Position numbers and translations under genes: made by a program. Shown here piece after piece: positions 1 to 8,617 of a stretch of 45,972 nucleotides of DNA. A model generated the notes under the pieces. The model saw nothing but the letters and a program-made list of their open reading frames with translations, was not told the DNA's origin and made no database searches. This DNA comes from a virus (Duplodnaviria; Heunggongvirae; Uroviricota; Caudoviricetes), in IMG/VR virus record IMGVR_UViG_2541047783_000005; one strand, given 5' to 3'. Every line of letters begins with the position of its first letter. Positions within the stretch are counted from its first letter, which is position 1.

Positions 1-19
1 CTATTTGATAAATATTAAA

Positions 20-1300
20 TTAATTTTTCATTGCTTCGTTATGGGGCATGGTTGGGGCAAACTCGCTTAACTGTGTATTTAACAAAGCTACCTGTGCATT
101 ATTGTTTTCAGACATCCATTTTCCGTATACCTGAAATACCATTTGCGCATCTGCATGGCCCATCTGGTTTGCTATAAATGCCGGGTTAGCACCAGCTGTC
201 AGCGACCAGCAGGCATAAGTATGTCTCGACTGATATGATTTTCGATGGCGGAGTCCGGCACGTTTTATCGCTGCGTCCCACATCTGCCTTATTGAGTCAA
301 CGGTAAAATGGTCACCATAATTTTTTACTCTCGCTGACACTTCAGGTTGAAAAACAAAGGTGCATTTTTGTTTTTCTGTTCTGCCATACTCTCTGAGGTG
401 AACATCAATGATATGCTCTTTGCTCAGTCTCGTTAATGTCATCTGACTCCGGAGAGCGTCGATTGCTGGCTTAATAAGATGAATGACCCGATTGGTTCCC
501 GCCTGTGTTTTTGGTACCGTGAAACGGTCTTTTGCTAAATTTCTCCTGATCATCATTGTTCCATTTTTCAGATCTATGTCCTCCCATCCAAGTGCACACA
601 GCTCACCAGGGCGAACGCCAGTATAAACAGAAACACACCATAAATTTTTGGCTTGCTGATTTCTGCACGCATCGATAAGACGGATGAATTCCTCCCGCGA
701 AAGAGGATCCGGAATGGTTCTTGATTCCTTTAATGGCGAGATCCCCTTAAACGGGTTATCTACCAGGTAACCGTTATCAACACCAAACTGGAACACGGCG
801 TTAAGATTTGTCATGTAATTATTTACAGTTACAGCCGATCTCCCTGGTTGTGTAACAATATAGTTACTTTTGGGGATCTGGTATCCAGTCAGTAGCTCTT
901 TACGAACCTCCAGTAATTTTTCTTTATTAATCGATGAGGCAAGATTTTTTTCACCGATTATGCTCAGGATATTTTTGATGACGGCACGGTATGTGTTGAG
1001 TGATGTTTTTGCGACTTCAGTTTCTTTCAGTGCCAGAAATTTTTCAGCCAGTTCTTTTATGGTTAAATCTTGTCGGGCCTCACCAAATTTTTCCAGATTG
1101 CGTGAGGAGGGAAACTGTTTTGCATAGTCGAAAACACCAGTTTTTATTGCGTAACAAACAGAGGCGCGTAGCTCACCTGCAACGCGCCTGTTTTTTGCTG
1201 TGTCAGGAACCCCCAGGTTTTCCCTGACTCTTACGCCTTTATAAACAAACCAGATACGTAATTTCCCTCCATGGTTTTCCACGCCTGTCGGATATTTCAT
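20..1300 (-). CDS. int: Tyrosine-type phage integrase
   Basis: ORF 20..1315 minus; C-terminal region carries the R...HxxR...Y catalytic pattern typical of tyrosine recombinases; sits at the prophage edge pointing outward. Start taken at internal Met (MKYPTG). Confidence 0.85.
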   Translation of the reverse strand: MKYPTGVENHGGKLRIWFVYKGVRVRENLGVPDTAKNRRVAGELRASVCYAIKTGVFDYAKQFPSSRNLEKFGEARQDLTIKELAEKFLALKETEVAKTSLNTYRAVIKNILSIIGEKNLASSINKEKLLEVRKELLTGYQIPKSNYIVTQPGRSAVTVNNYMTNLNAVFQFGVDNGYLVDNPFKGISPLKESRTIPDPLSREEFIRLIDACRNQQAKNLWCVSVYTGVRPGELCALGWEDIDLKNGTMMIRRNLAKDRFTVPKTQAGTNRVIHLIKPAIDALRSQMTLTRLSKEHIIDVHLREYGRTEKQKCTFVFQPEVSARVKNYGDHFTVDSIRQMWDAAIKRAGLRHRKSYQSRHTYACWSLTAGANPAFIANQMGHADAQMVFQVYGKWMSENNNAQVALLNTQLSEFAPTMPHNEAMKN

Positions 1301-1334
1301 TTCAACTTCTCTCATTAGTTAGTGTGGCTTTTAG

Positions 1335-1586
1335 TCAAGTAAGATGACGTCTTGGTCTTGCTGATGCCTGGCGCTCAATCCAGCGATCAATTTCTTCCAG
1401 GTTGTAAAAGCATGGACTGTTATCCCATGGCATACCGTCATGAGCGACATGCTTATATTCCCTTCCTTCCATAAACGATTTTTCCCGGGCCTTTTTTAAC
1501 GTACCTTTTTTTATTCCTTTCAGCGCAATTAACTGCTCTTCGGATACCCATTTGCCGGGAGAGACAATCATGATTACTTCGCTCAT
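1335..1586 (-). CDS. xis: Putative excisionase / small DNA-binding protein
   Basis: 83-aa basic ORF immediately upstream of and co-oriented with int; assignment by position and size only. Confidence 0.5.
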   Translation of the reverse strand: MSEVIMIVSPGKWVSEEQLIALKGIKKGTLKKAREKSFMEGREYKHVAHDGMPWDNSPCFYNLEEIDRWIERQASARPRRHLT

Positions 1587-1658
1587 CGATTTCTTTATCT
1601 CTTATATTAGACGAGCGCCGGTTGCAGAATACCAGTCACAACCGGCGACAGTTGAACA

Positions 1659-4130
1659 TTAAGAATCAGCCTGACTCGGGATCAGTTTTTGCCAGATAAC
1701 TGAAACGTATTTTGCCTGGTAACGGGCGTCATCAAGTGCATTATGGCGCTCACCTTCGAATTGAATAGCCGTTCTGGCATCGAAGTCTATGGCTTTCCCC
1801 AGCTCAACGATTGTGCGTACATCGCGATCGTTGTAGTAACGCCACGGGCAGGGGATCCCCTGCCGTTCGTATGAACGGCGCAAAATCGTGTTGTCGAAGT
1901 TGGCTCCATTTCCCCAGACCTGAACAAAAAATTCACCGGAGTTTTCGTCGATAAATTCCCGCAATTGTAACAGTGCATCATCTAACGGGATTTCATCGGT
2001 CATAATGGCAGATTGCGCTTCGCGTGATTGCTTAAACCACCATTTAATGGTGTCCCGATCAATGACTCCGCCAGCAGTTTCCAGATCGATAGTCTTAATA
2101 AATTCCGGTCCCATATCTCCGGTTTGCGGATCGAAAAATATTGCACCTATTGAGATGATCGGGGCATCAGGATTTTTTCCCATGGTTTCAAGGTCGATCA
2201 TTAGATGGTCACACGTCCTGCTGGTGGATGTGATTTCGTGATGACCGTTCACCTTAATTGAGTGATCTGCCGTCTCGCCAGTTTCATTATCGCTATCGTG
2301 ATGCTGATTGCCGCCAGTGTTCTCCTTGTGTGGATGTTCAGCGCCTTCCATTTTCTCCGGATCATCTTCCTGAACTTCAACCTGATACTCTTCATCGAAT
2401 GTTTCCTGGTATGTTGCGTCGCCCATTACCGCGCCACAATCAGGGCAGTTGCCGCCGCCGGTCTGACCGCAGGCGGTGCAGACTTTTTCCACTTCCTGTT
2501 GCGCCACTGATTCAGGCTGTTTCGTTTCTGGCTCGTTTTGTAACGCATTTGGGCTGTTTTGTTCCGCTTTTTGGTAGTTCCGTTCCGATTCATGCTGGTT
2601 CTGGTTCACAGAATCGCGGGTCTGGATCCCCTTAACCCATTTCGGATCATTCGGGTCACTAATCCCTTCAACAAATTCACCACGTGATGCAGCAAGCAAC
2701 TTATCGGCGTCAGGCTGGATGATATTGGCTGCCTGCATAATTTTGTTTACTTCGTCAGCGGTAACTTTTATCGGCTCTGGTTGTTCTGAATCTTCAGCGG
2801 TATCTACATTTTGCGGTAAGCCCGTGTATGTGCCATTTTTTCGGGCAAAATATTCTTCTTTTGTGATTTCAGTGGCGCCAGCAGCCAGTGCCTTATCCAG
2901 ACCAGAAAGTTTGTTTGCGCGACCGTATTTTTCTCCGTCCTTATCTGCGAAGAGGAAATAGAACGGCCCCTCACGCTCTACAGATGGTTCAGCTTCCGGC
3001 GCGGTTTCATTTTTTGGGATATCAGATACCTCAGTTTCCACTGCATCAGTTTGTGTTTCTGATGACTGGAGAACATCAACAGTGCCCAGGTCTGTTTCTT
3101 CATTCTCAAACACGCCCTTTGTCGTCAGGTATTCGCAGATATATTTGTTCAGTGCTACGGGATCTTTGTGAATGTCGATCGGACGTTCACGGACAAGGCC
3201 AAAAATAGTTTGGCGGTCGTAGCGAAGGGCATCAGGCTGTTTGCGCATTGATGCCGAGATACGCTTCCAGTCTTCGCGGTCGTTATCGATAACTTCATTT
3301 TTTGCCCAGCGATGGATGCTGCCGTCAATGTTTCCGGCATCCACATCACCAGGCCAGAGAGCGTAGGCCAGTTCGTCATCCAGTGTTTTCCATGTCTGCT
3401 TGTATTCGCGATGAATGGCAGCAATGACCGGGCTGATTTTTCCTGTTGAATTTTCAGTGTACTGTTGATTGGCTCTGGCGCGGGCGAGATCAACAACAGA
3501 CGTGTATTTTCCGGTTTCCTTGCGTTCACCTTCGCGACGTTTTTTCCAGATGCGCATCTCTGCCTGAATTTCGGGCCATTTAGCACCAGGAATACATTTA
3601 TGCTTAACCCACCCAATGGCGTGCAACTTAAGCTCCGGATACATGGCGTTAACTTCTGGCATTTTCATCAACGCTTCAACGATATGTCCGTCGAATGTTG
3701 CCATGTCTTCCTGCAACAATTCCTGTGCGCTAATAACCATATCAACGGTGATGTTTTCACATGTGTCGAACTTAACCATGACAGCGTTCTGTACTTCAGG
3801 GGCCAGCTTGTCAAAAGTGACGTTCATCGGATCGGATTCAGTCTCAACCGGGACAAAAGAAGCAGACTCCTCATCCCAGCGGTTTTCCTGCATATATTCA
3901 GCATCCCATGAATCGAGGGCAGGGCGGGGTATGCCAGGTTTATCCTCGCAGACAATAAATTTATAAGCGCAGTCCTGAGCAGCCGGATAATGTTCCAGGA
4001 ATTGCCAGTGAAATTTTGCTCGAGCACGGCGTTCGTCGCCAGCTTCAATGGCTGTGGCTACAGCCACAGCGCCTTCTTCCCTTGTTGCCAGTTCGTCAGG
4101 AATAGCGGCGCAAATAAAGACTTTACTCAT
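1659..4130 (-). CDS. Large phage exonuclease (823 aa) with C-terminal DEDDh (DnaQ-like) 3'-5' exonuclease domain
   Basis: C-terminal 190 aa show the three exonuclease motifs (MIDLETMG; WGNGANFDNTIL; HNALDDARYQAKY). N-terminal ~600 aa are acidic and of unclear function, with a CxxC...CxxC cluster (CTACGQTGGGNCPDCGA). Sits where ydfE lies in K-12 Qin. Confidence 0.7.
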   Translation of the reverse strand: MSKVFICAAIPDELATREEGAVAVATAIEAGDERRARAKFHWQFLEHYPAAQDCAYKFIVCEDKPGIPRPALDSWDAEYMQENRWDEESASFVPVETESDPMNVTFDKLAPEVQNAVMVKFDTCENITVDMVISAQELLQEDMATFDGHIVEALMKMPEVNAMYPELKLHAIGWVKHKCIPGAKWPEIQAEMRIWKKRREGERKETGKYTSVVDLARARANQQYTENSTGKISPVIAAIHREYKQTWKTLDDELAYALWPGDVDAGNIDGSIHRWAKNEVIDNDREDWKRISASMRKQPDALRYDRQTIFGLVRERPIDIHKDPVALNKYICEYLTTKGVFENEETDLGTVDVLQSSETQTDAVETEVSDIPKNETAPEAEPSVEREGPFYFLFADKDGEKYGRANKLSGLDKALAAGATEITKEEYFARKNGTYTGLPQNVDTAEDSEQPEPIKVTADEVNKIMQAANIIQPDADKLLAASRGEFVEGISDPNDPKWVKGIQTRDSVNQNQHESERNYQKAEQNSPNALQNEPETKQPESVAQQEVEKVCTACGQTGGGNCPDCGAVMGDATYQETFDEEYQVEVQEDDPEKMEGAEHPHKENTGGNQHHDSDNETGETADHSIKVNGHHEITSTSRTCDHLMIDLETMGKNPDAPIISIGAIFFDPQTGDMGPEFIKTIDLETAGGVIDRDTIKWWFKQSREAQSAIMTDEIPLDDALLQLREFIDENSGEFFVQVWGNGANFDNTILRRSYERQGIPCPWRYYNDRDVRTIVELGKAIDFDARTAIQFEGERHNALDDARYQAKYVSVIWQKLIPSQADS

Positions 4131-4223
4131 TTTGTTTTAACCTCATGACAGATTTAAGGATGAACAAATCCCTGCCATTGCTGGCATATAAGAATGAAAC
4201 CGGATATTTATTACGGAACTGTT

Positions 4224-4415
4224 TTAAAGACCTGCCGGGATTTCGATATTATACTGGTGAATAACTTTATCGACCGGGTAACAGTTACCGGGAATTTTCT
4301 GTTCGGTTGCTGCAGTCATACACTCCTGCATTGTCCTGTGAACACTGACTGCAATATCAACTGGCTCTCCGGAAACAAGAAAAACTGTCAGAACAAGCGC
4401 AAATGCTGAATTCAT
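4224..4415 (-). CDS. ydfD: YdfD-like small protein (63 aa)
   Basis: Internal start of ORF 4224..4469 gives MNSAFALVLTVFLVSGEPVD..., matching my recollection of Qin YdfD; start overlaps the dicB stop. Confidence 0.65.
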   Translation of the reverse strand: MNSAFALVLTVFLVSGEPVDIAVSVHRTMQECMTAATEQKIPGNCYPVDKVIHQYNIEIPAGL

Positions 4416-4600
4416 TGTGCACATCCTTTTGGCATCAGACGTAAACGAGCCAGCATTGAAACAATGCATATTTTATTTAATAGCTCCCGTTCTTGTTTTC
4501 TCTTGTTAATGGCATCTTCAGTAAATACAGGGTTACTGATAGTGACACCAATTTCAAAACAACCTTCAGACGTATTAACGTTTGGTAATAACGTTTTCAT
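4412..4600 (-). CDS. dicB: DicB cell-division inhibitor (62 aa)
   Basis: Internal Met of ORF 4412..4705 gives MKTLLPNVNTSEGCFEIGVTISNPVFTED...MPKGCAQ, which I recognise as DicB; lies directly downstream of dicF as in Qin. Confidence 0.7.
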   Translation of the reverse strand: MKTLLPNVNTSEGCFEIGVTISNPVFTEDAINKRKQERELLNKICIVSMLARLRLMPKGCAQ

Positions 4601-4769
4601 TATCGCGTCCTCAACAATGAATTTTGTGATGCAGTGCCTGGTGCCTCCAGGTGACGTTAACCAGTTAACAATTAACGCCGGATACAGAGAATCCACCCAT
4701 AACACTGTTTTTGGTTTTAACTGTTCCGCGTGCGCTTAGCCGCATTCACCGCATCACAAAATTCACTTT

Positions 4770-4827
4770 AAAAACGGCGGCAGAGCAGTCACGGAGTAAA
4801 ACTGATACCGCCAAACGTCACCAGAAA
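4770..4827 (-). ncRNA. dicF: DicF small RNA (ftsZ-targeting), with 3' hairpin and U-tract
   Basis: Minus-strand sequence UUUCUGGUGACGUUUGGCGGUAUCAGUUUUACUCCGUGACUGCUCUGCCGCCGUUUUU matches the DicF sequence as I remember it; located between ydfBC and dicB. Confidence 0.65.
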
Positions 4828-5086
4828 ATTGATAACAGAGGGCGTTGCAGCGGGGTTGTCGCTTAAGCGTATGGTCAACCTGACAACTCGGTGTCCTCAA
4901 CGGGGAAGGAATAACCCCGCCATACTTACCGCCGCGCCATTTCGCGGGTTGCCACAACCGGAAGCGCACGGTCGAATTAAATTTGACGACACCGTACAGT
5001 GAGACGAACTTCGCCGTGCGCTTTCGTGTTGTGTGCCTGCTTTTAACCACGTCAGGCGAGGTGGTATCCTTAAAATCACCACAGTT

Positions 5087-5662
5087 TTAAGGATTCATTA
5101 AGCAATGTCGCAACCACCAATAAATCCGCTTAAGAACATGAAAATTGATTACTGGTATAAAGCGCTTACAGTTGTTGGCGCTGCGTTGTTTGTCTTTAAT
5201 GGAACGTCTTTTTTTGACAGATATCCCGTTGTTCCATTGGTTTTTTTGTCCTCCGGCATCTTTTTTATTGGTTTGGGGGAGTGGATTAATCACCCTCTCA
5301 AAGTGAGATTTATTGGTCCTGGAGTTTGGACTCGTGGATATAATCGTTCTTCGTGCGCACTCGGTATCATCTTCGACATACTTGGTTGTTTCCTGATTGT
5401 TACAGGAGTCGTCAAGTTCTTCTGATGTAAAACCGCAAATGGGGCACGTAACGGGAATTTTGAAAAGCGTTTCTCCGGGTTCCAGAACAAAATTTTCTGC
5501 GGTCTGATTTTGCTTCTCATATTTGTGCTCCGCGTCATTGTGAGAGCGCATTCTTATTCTGAGTGCCTGTTTAAACTCACTGAAGCTGAGAGCTTCTTCG
5601 CCTTCGGCAAGGCCTTCGAAGTATTCTTCGTAAGCCTTTTCCATGATTGTGTCGAAATCCAT
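5087..5662 (-). CDS. YdfB/YdfC-like protein with CPICGF zinc-ribbon motif; 3' extent uncertain
   Basis: Internal start MDFDTIMEKAYEEYFEG... from ORF 5087..5704. The C-terminal third is Lys/Asn-rich and low-complexity and overlaps an antisense membrane-protein ORF. Confidence 0.4.
   Translation of the reverse strand: MDFDTIMEKAYEEYFEGLAEGEEALSFSEFKQALRIRMRSHNDAEHKYEKQNQTAENFVLEPGETLFKIPVTCPICGFTSEELDDSCNNQETTKYVEDDTECARRTIISTSPNSRTNKSHFERVINPLPQTNKKDAGGQKNQWNNGISVKKRRSIKDKQRSANNCKRFIPVINFHVLKRIYWWLRHCLMNP
5105..5425 (+). CDS. Possible small membrane protein (106 aa, about 3 TM segments), antisense to the ydfBC tail
   Basis: Hydrophobic segments (ALTVVGAALFVF; VVPLVFLSSGIFFIGLG; ALGIIFDILGCFLIVTGV); AAGGA-like RBS about 9 nt upstream of the ATG. 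Confidence 0.3.
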   Translation: MSQPPINPLKNMKIDYWYKALTVVGAALFVFNGTSFFDRYPVVPLVFLSSGIFFIGLGEWINHPLKVRFIGPGVWTRGYNRSSCALGIIFDILGCFLIVTGVVKFF

Positions 5663-5663
5663 A

Positions 5664-5819
5664 TCACTCACCTGAGTTTCTTTCCAGCCAGCGACGGGCA
5701 CCATTTTCGGTTTTAAACGTTTTGCTTTTGGTATACGTCATTGCGGTGAACGTGCCGTCCTGGTTTGGAAACACGCCGTACACCAGAGATTCGTTGTTGC
5801 CAAGATCGATAGTATCCAT
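5664..5819 (-). CDS. ydfA: YdfA-like protein (51 aa)
   Basis: Internal start gives MDTIDLGNNESLVYGVFPNQDGTFTAMTYTKSKTFKTENGARRWLERNSGE; first gene of the dicB operon. Confidence 0.6.
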   Translation of the reverse strand: MDTIDLGNNESLVYGVFPNQDGTFTAMTYTKSKTFKTENGARRWLERNSGE

Positions 5820-6011
5820 GCTGACCTCATTTCCCCTTAACGCCGGGGTAGCGGAACTGTTTGCTGAGAACACCGTGCGGTGTGTTGATGGAGGTAATTT
5901 AGTTTTCTCATTATTTTTCGTCAAGGCTTTTTGATGAGAAAACTCAAGTATTGGCGCAAGATAAAGCCAATACATTGAAATGTAAGGCTTTAAAATTTTG
6001 TGAAGGGATGA

Positions 6012-6419
6012 TTATTGATGCTTGTTGCGTTTGCGAGCCTCTAATAGCTCGGTGAACAGGCGATTAAAATTCTCAACGCGGGCGCGGAGTTCGCTGAGTT
6101 GTGCTTGTTGCTCTGATTTAGGAAGTGCGCGATACAAACGCAGCATCTCTAACTCATCTTCCGATAAGTCTAAGGCACTATCGAGTGAAACAGGGGGAGC
6201 TGGTGTTTTGTCCTCGTCGCCAAACAGTATCCAGGTTGGTGAACATTGCAATACCTCGGCGAGGCGATGCAAATTTTGCCCGCGCGGGGCTGTATGGTCA
6301 CTTTCCCATAATGAAATTGATGAGCCAGATACGCCAGCAGCTTTGCTTAAACCGTTTTGACTTAAACCTACCTGCTTACGTCTTTCTCTAATGCGTTGAC
6401 CTAAAGTTTTCTCGTTCAT
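6012..6419 (-). CDS. dicA: DicA-like HTH (XRE-family) repressor, no peptidase domain
   Basis: 135 aa from internal Met (MNEKTLGQRIRERRKQVGLSQ...); central LQCSPTWILFGDEDK motif; divergent from a Cro-like gene. Confidence 0.8.
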   Translation of the reverse strand: MNEKTLGQRIRERRKQVGLSQNGLSKAAGVSGSSISLWESDHTAPRGQNLHRLAEVLQCSPTWILFGDEDKTPAPPVSLDSALDLSEDELEMLRLYRALPKSEQQAQLSELRARVENFNRLFTELLEARKRNKHQ

Positions 6420-6496
6420 ATTTAGATATCTTAATAACCCTTGACTTGAGATTCCTTGAGTGATTAGCATTGAGAAAACTCAATACTGGAGGTGCG
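6420..6496. promoter_or_regulatory. dicA/dicC divergent promoter-operator region
   Basis: 77-bp intergenic region with TTGACT at 6441-6446, repeated TTGAG pentamers, perfect palindrome ATTGAGAAAACTCAAT at 6469-6484, and GGAGG RBS before dicC. Confidence 0.55.
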
Positions 6497-6724
6497 ATGT
6501 TTAAATCAGACGTAATTAATTTTTACGGTACGAAAGCCAAAGTAGCGAAAGCTGCTGGCGTTGACCCATCTGCTGTTTCTCAATGGCAAGAGCTGGTTCC
6601 TGAAGGTCGCGCGATGCGTCTACAGGAGGCATCTGGCGGCGAGCTTCTGTATGATCCCAAGGTTTATGACGAATATCGTAAGACGAAGCGGGCGGGGCGG
6701 TTGAACAATGAAAATCACTCCTGA
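6497..6724 (+). CDS. dicC: DicC / Cro-like small regulator
   Basis: Internal start MFKSDVINFYGTKAKVAKAAG...; C-terminus ...EGRAMRLQEASGGEL.YDPKVYDEYRKTKRAGRLNNENHS resembles DicC. Confidence 0.75.
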   Translation: MFKSDVINFYGTKAKVAKAAGVDPSAVSQWQELVPEGRAMRLQEASGGELLYDPKVYDEYRKTKRAGRLNNENHS

Positions 6725-7229
6725 ACAGGCTCGTGAGGCTCTGGATGCCTGGATATGTCGACCAGGAATGACACAGGAGCAGGCGACGATATTAATCACT
6801 GAAGCATTCTGGGCTTTGAAAGAGCGCCCGAACATCGATGTTCAGCGTGTCACAGATGAAGGTGGCGCGGTTGATCAGCGAGCGCTTGGCGTTAATCGAG
6901 TGAAGATATTCGAACGCTGGAAGGCTATCGACACCAGGGATAAGCGTGAAAAGTTCACGGCGCTAGTGCCTGCAATTATGGAGGCTATCCGGATTAATGA
7001 TTTCAGGTTGTATCGTGAAATTAGTGACGGAAAAAGCATCACGTACATGATCGCCGGGTTAAACAAAGAATATGGCGATGTGGTGGAGTCCGGACTGCTT
7101 TTTGCTGATCCTGCCGTAGTGGATCGTGAAACTGACGAACTTATAGAAAAAGCAATTGCTTTCAAACTTGCGTATCGACAGCAATACCAACAAAAAGCTG
7201 GATGGAATTATGAGCCTTCTTTTTGCTGA
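6708..7229 (+). CDS. Hypothetical early-operon protein (173 aa)
   Basis: ORF overlaps the dicC stop and the downstream start; no motif I can assign. Confidence 0.45.
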   Translation: MKITPEQAREALDAWICRPGMTQEQATILITEAFWALKERPNIDVQRVTDEGGAVDQRALGVNRVKIFERWKAIDTRDKREKFTALVPAIMEAIRINDFRLYREISDGKSITYMIAGLNKEYGDVVESGLLFADPAVVDRETDELIEKAIAFKLAYRQQYQQKAGWNYEPSFC

Positions 7230-8175
7230 ACGCCCACTGGTTATAAACACACAGCTTGCGATGAAGATTGGCTTAAATGAAGCCATTGTGTTGCAGCAGT
7301 TGCATTACTGGTTGAGAGATACCAATTCCGGCATGGAATGTGATGGTGTTCGCTGGATTTACAACACAACGGAACAATGGCTGGAACAGTTCCCATTCTG
7401 GTCAGAGTCAACGTTAAAGCGCGCGTTTGCAAGTCTGAAAACGCTGGGGCTTTTGCGTTGTGAAAAGCTCAATAAATCAAAGCGCGATATGACCAATTTC
7501 TACACGATTAACTATGGAAGCGAGCTTTTAGATGATGGCAAATTGAGCGAATCCATCGGTTCAAAATGCGCCGCTCCATCAGGTCAAAATGACACGATGG
7601 AAGAGGTCAAAATGAAACGCTCCATTGGTTCAAAACGACCCAATGTCATCGGGTCAAAATGGCCCGATGATCCTACAGAGAATACAACAGAGATTACTAC
7701 AGAGAATAAAAACACTTTTCGTCCGGAAGCTTCGCAACCGGACCCGCAGACGGCTGAACAGGATTTTTTAATCCGGCACCCTGGCGCAGTTGTGTTTAGT
7801 GCGAAAAAACGCCAGTGGGGTAGCCAGGAGGATCTGGCGTGTGCGCAGTGGATATGGGGGCGGATCGTGGGTCTCTACGAACAGGCCGCCAGTGATGATG
7901 GCGAGATCATGCGACCAAAAGAGCCTAACTGGACTGTCTGGGCCAATGATGTGCGCACAATGCGGATGCTGGATGGCAGAAGCCACAGACAAATTTGTGA
8001 AATGTTTGGTCGGGTACAGCGGGATCCATTCTGGGTAAAAAACATCATGAGCCCGTCAAAGCTCCGCGAAAAATGGGACGAACTGGTCATCCGCCTGGGG
8101 CGTTCACCTGTACAGCGTTGTGTTAATCATATTTCTGAACCGGATACAGAAATTCCGCCTGGTTTCAGAGGATAA
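7210..8175 (+). CDS. Putative replication initiator (O-like), origin iterons embedded in the gene
   Basis: N-terminal winged-helix-like segment (LAMKIGLNEAIVLQQLHYWL); five IGSK-type peptide repeats that correspond to DNA iterons; position downstream of cro-like gene. Start taken at ATG 7210. Confidence 0.6.
   Translation: MSLLFAERPLVINTQLAMKIGLNEAIVLQQLHYWLRDTNSGMECDGVRWIYNTTEQWLEQFPFWSESTLKRAFASLKTLGLLRCEKLNKSKRDMTNFYTINYGSELLDDGKLSESIGSKCAAPSGQNDTMEEVKMKRSIGSKRPNVIGSKWPDDPTENTTEITTENKNTFRPEASQPDPQTAEQDFLIRHPGAVVFSAKKRQWGSQEDLACAQWIWGRIVGLYEQAASDDGEIMRPKEPNWTVWANDVRTMRMLDGRSHRQICEMFGRVQRDPFWVKNIMSPSKLREKWDELVIRLGRSPVQRCVNHISEPDTEIPPGFRG
7559..7663 (+). repeat. Five direct iterons (GGTYCAAAAYG) at 22-26 bp spacing, followed by an A-rich tract; candidate phage origin
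   Basis: Copies at 7559, 7583, 7606, 7628, 7654; then ACAGAGA-type A-rich repeats at 7675-7720. Confidence 0.6.
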
Positions 8176-8215
8176 GTTTTGATTTCAGGTCATGAGGTAA
8201 TTTTAAGGGGGACTT

Positions 8216-8617
8216 GTGGCAAAAGTTTTTACACAAGAAGAGCGGGAAAAAATTAAAGGGCAGGTGGTGGAACTCGTGCGCCAGAGCGGTCGTGAGACGT
8301 TACGGCAACTGGAAGCTAAAACAGGTGCGACTAGATATCTGATGAGCGTTCTTGCCAGAGAGCTGGTAGCCAGTGGCGATGTATACAACTCCGGCTACGG
8401 GTTATTCCCGTCTGAACAGGCGCGTAAGGACTGGCAAAACGCCCGCAAAAAACTCTCGAGGGCAAAGGTGAAGAAAACAGCTGTGGTTGATCCGGACCTT
8501 ATCTGGTCGTTACCTGATGGAGAAATACGTCGCTACGACAGTCGCCTAAACATAATCTGTCGCGAGTGCCGGATGAGTGAAGTTATGCAGCGCATACTGG
8601 CATTTTATCAGGGATAA
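8216..8617 (+). CDS. Hypothetical protein (133 aa), GTG start
   Basis: ORF with strong AAGGGGGA RBS just upstream; no recognisable motif. Confidence 0.45.
   Translation: MAKVFTQEEREKIKGQVVELVRQSGRETLRQLEAKTGATRYLMSVLARELVASGDVYNSGYGLFPSEQARKDWQNARKKLSRAKVKKTAVVDPDLIWSLPDGEIRRYDSRLNIICRECRMSEVMQRILAFYQG

Noticed and set aside
2005-3966. Multiple plus-strand ORFs (78-153 aa) opposite the exonuclease gene
   Set aside because: All are antisense to the long exonuclease ORF and lack starts with RBS; treated as shadow ORFs.
4763-5050. 95-aa minus-strand ORF overlapping dicF
   Set aside because: The region is explained by the DicF sRNA and its terminator; the ORF has no RBS and an implausible composition.
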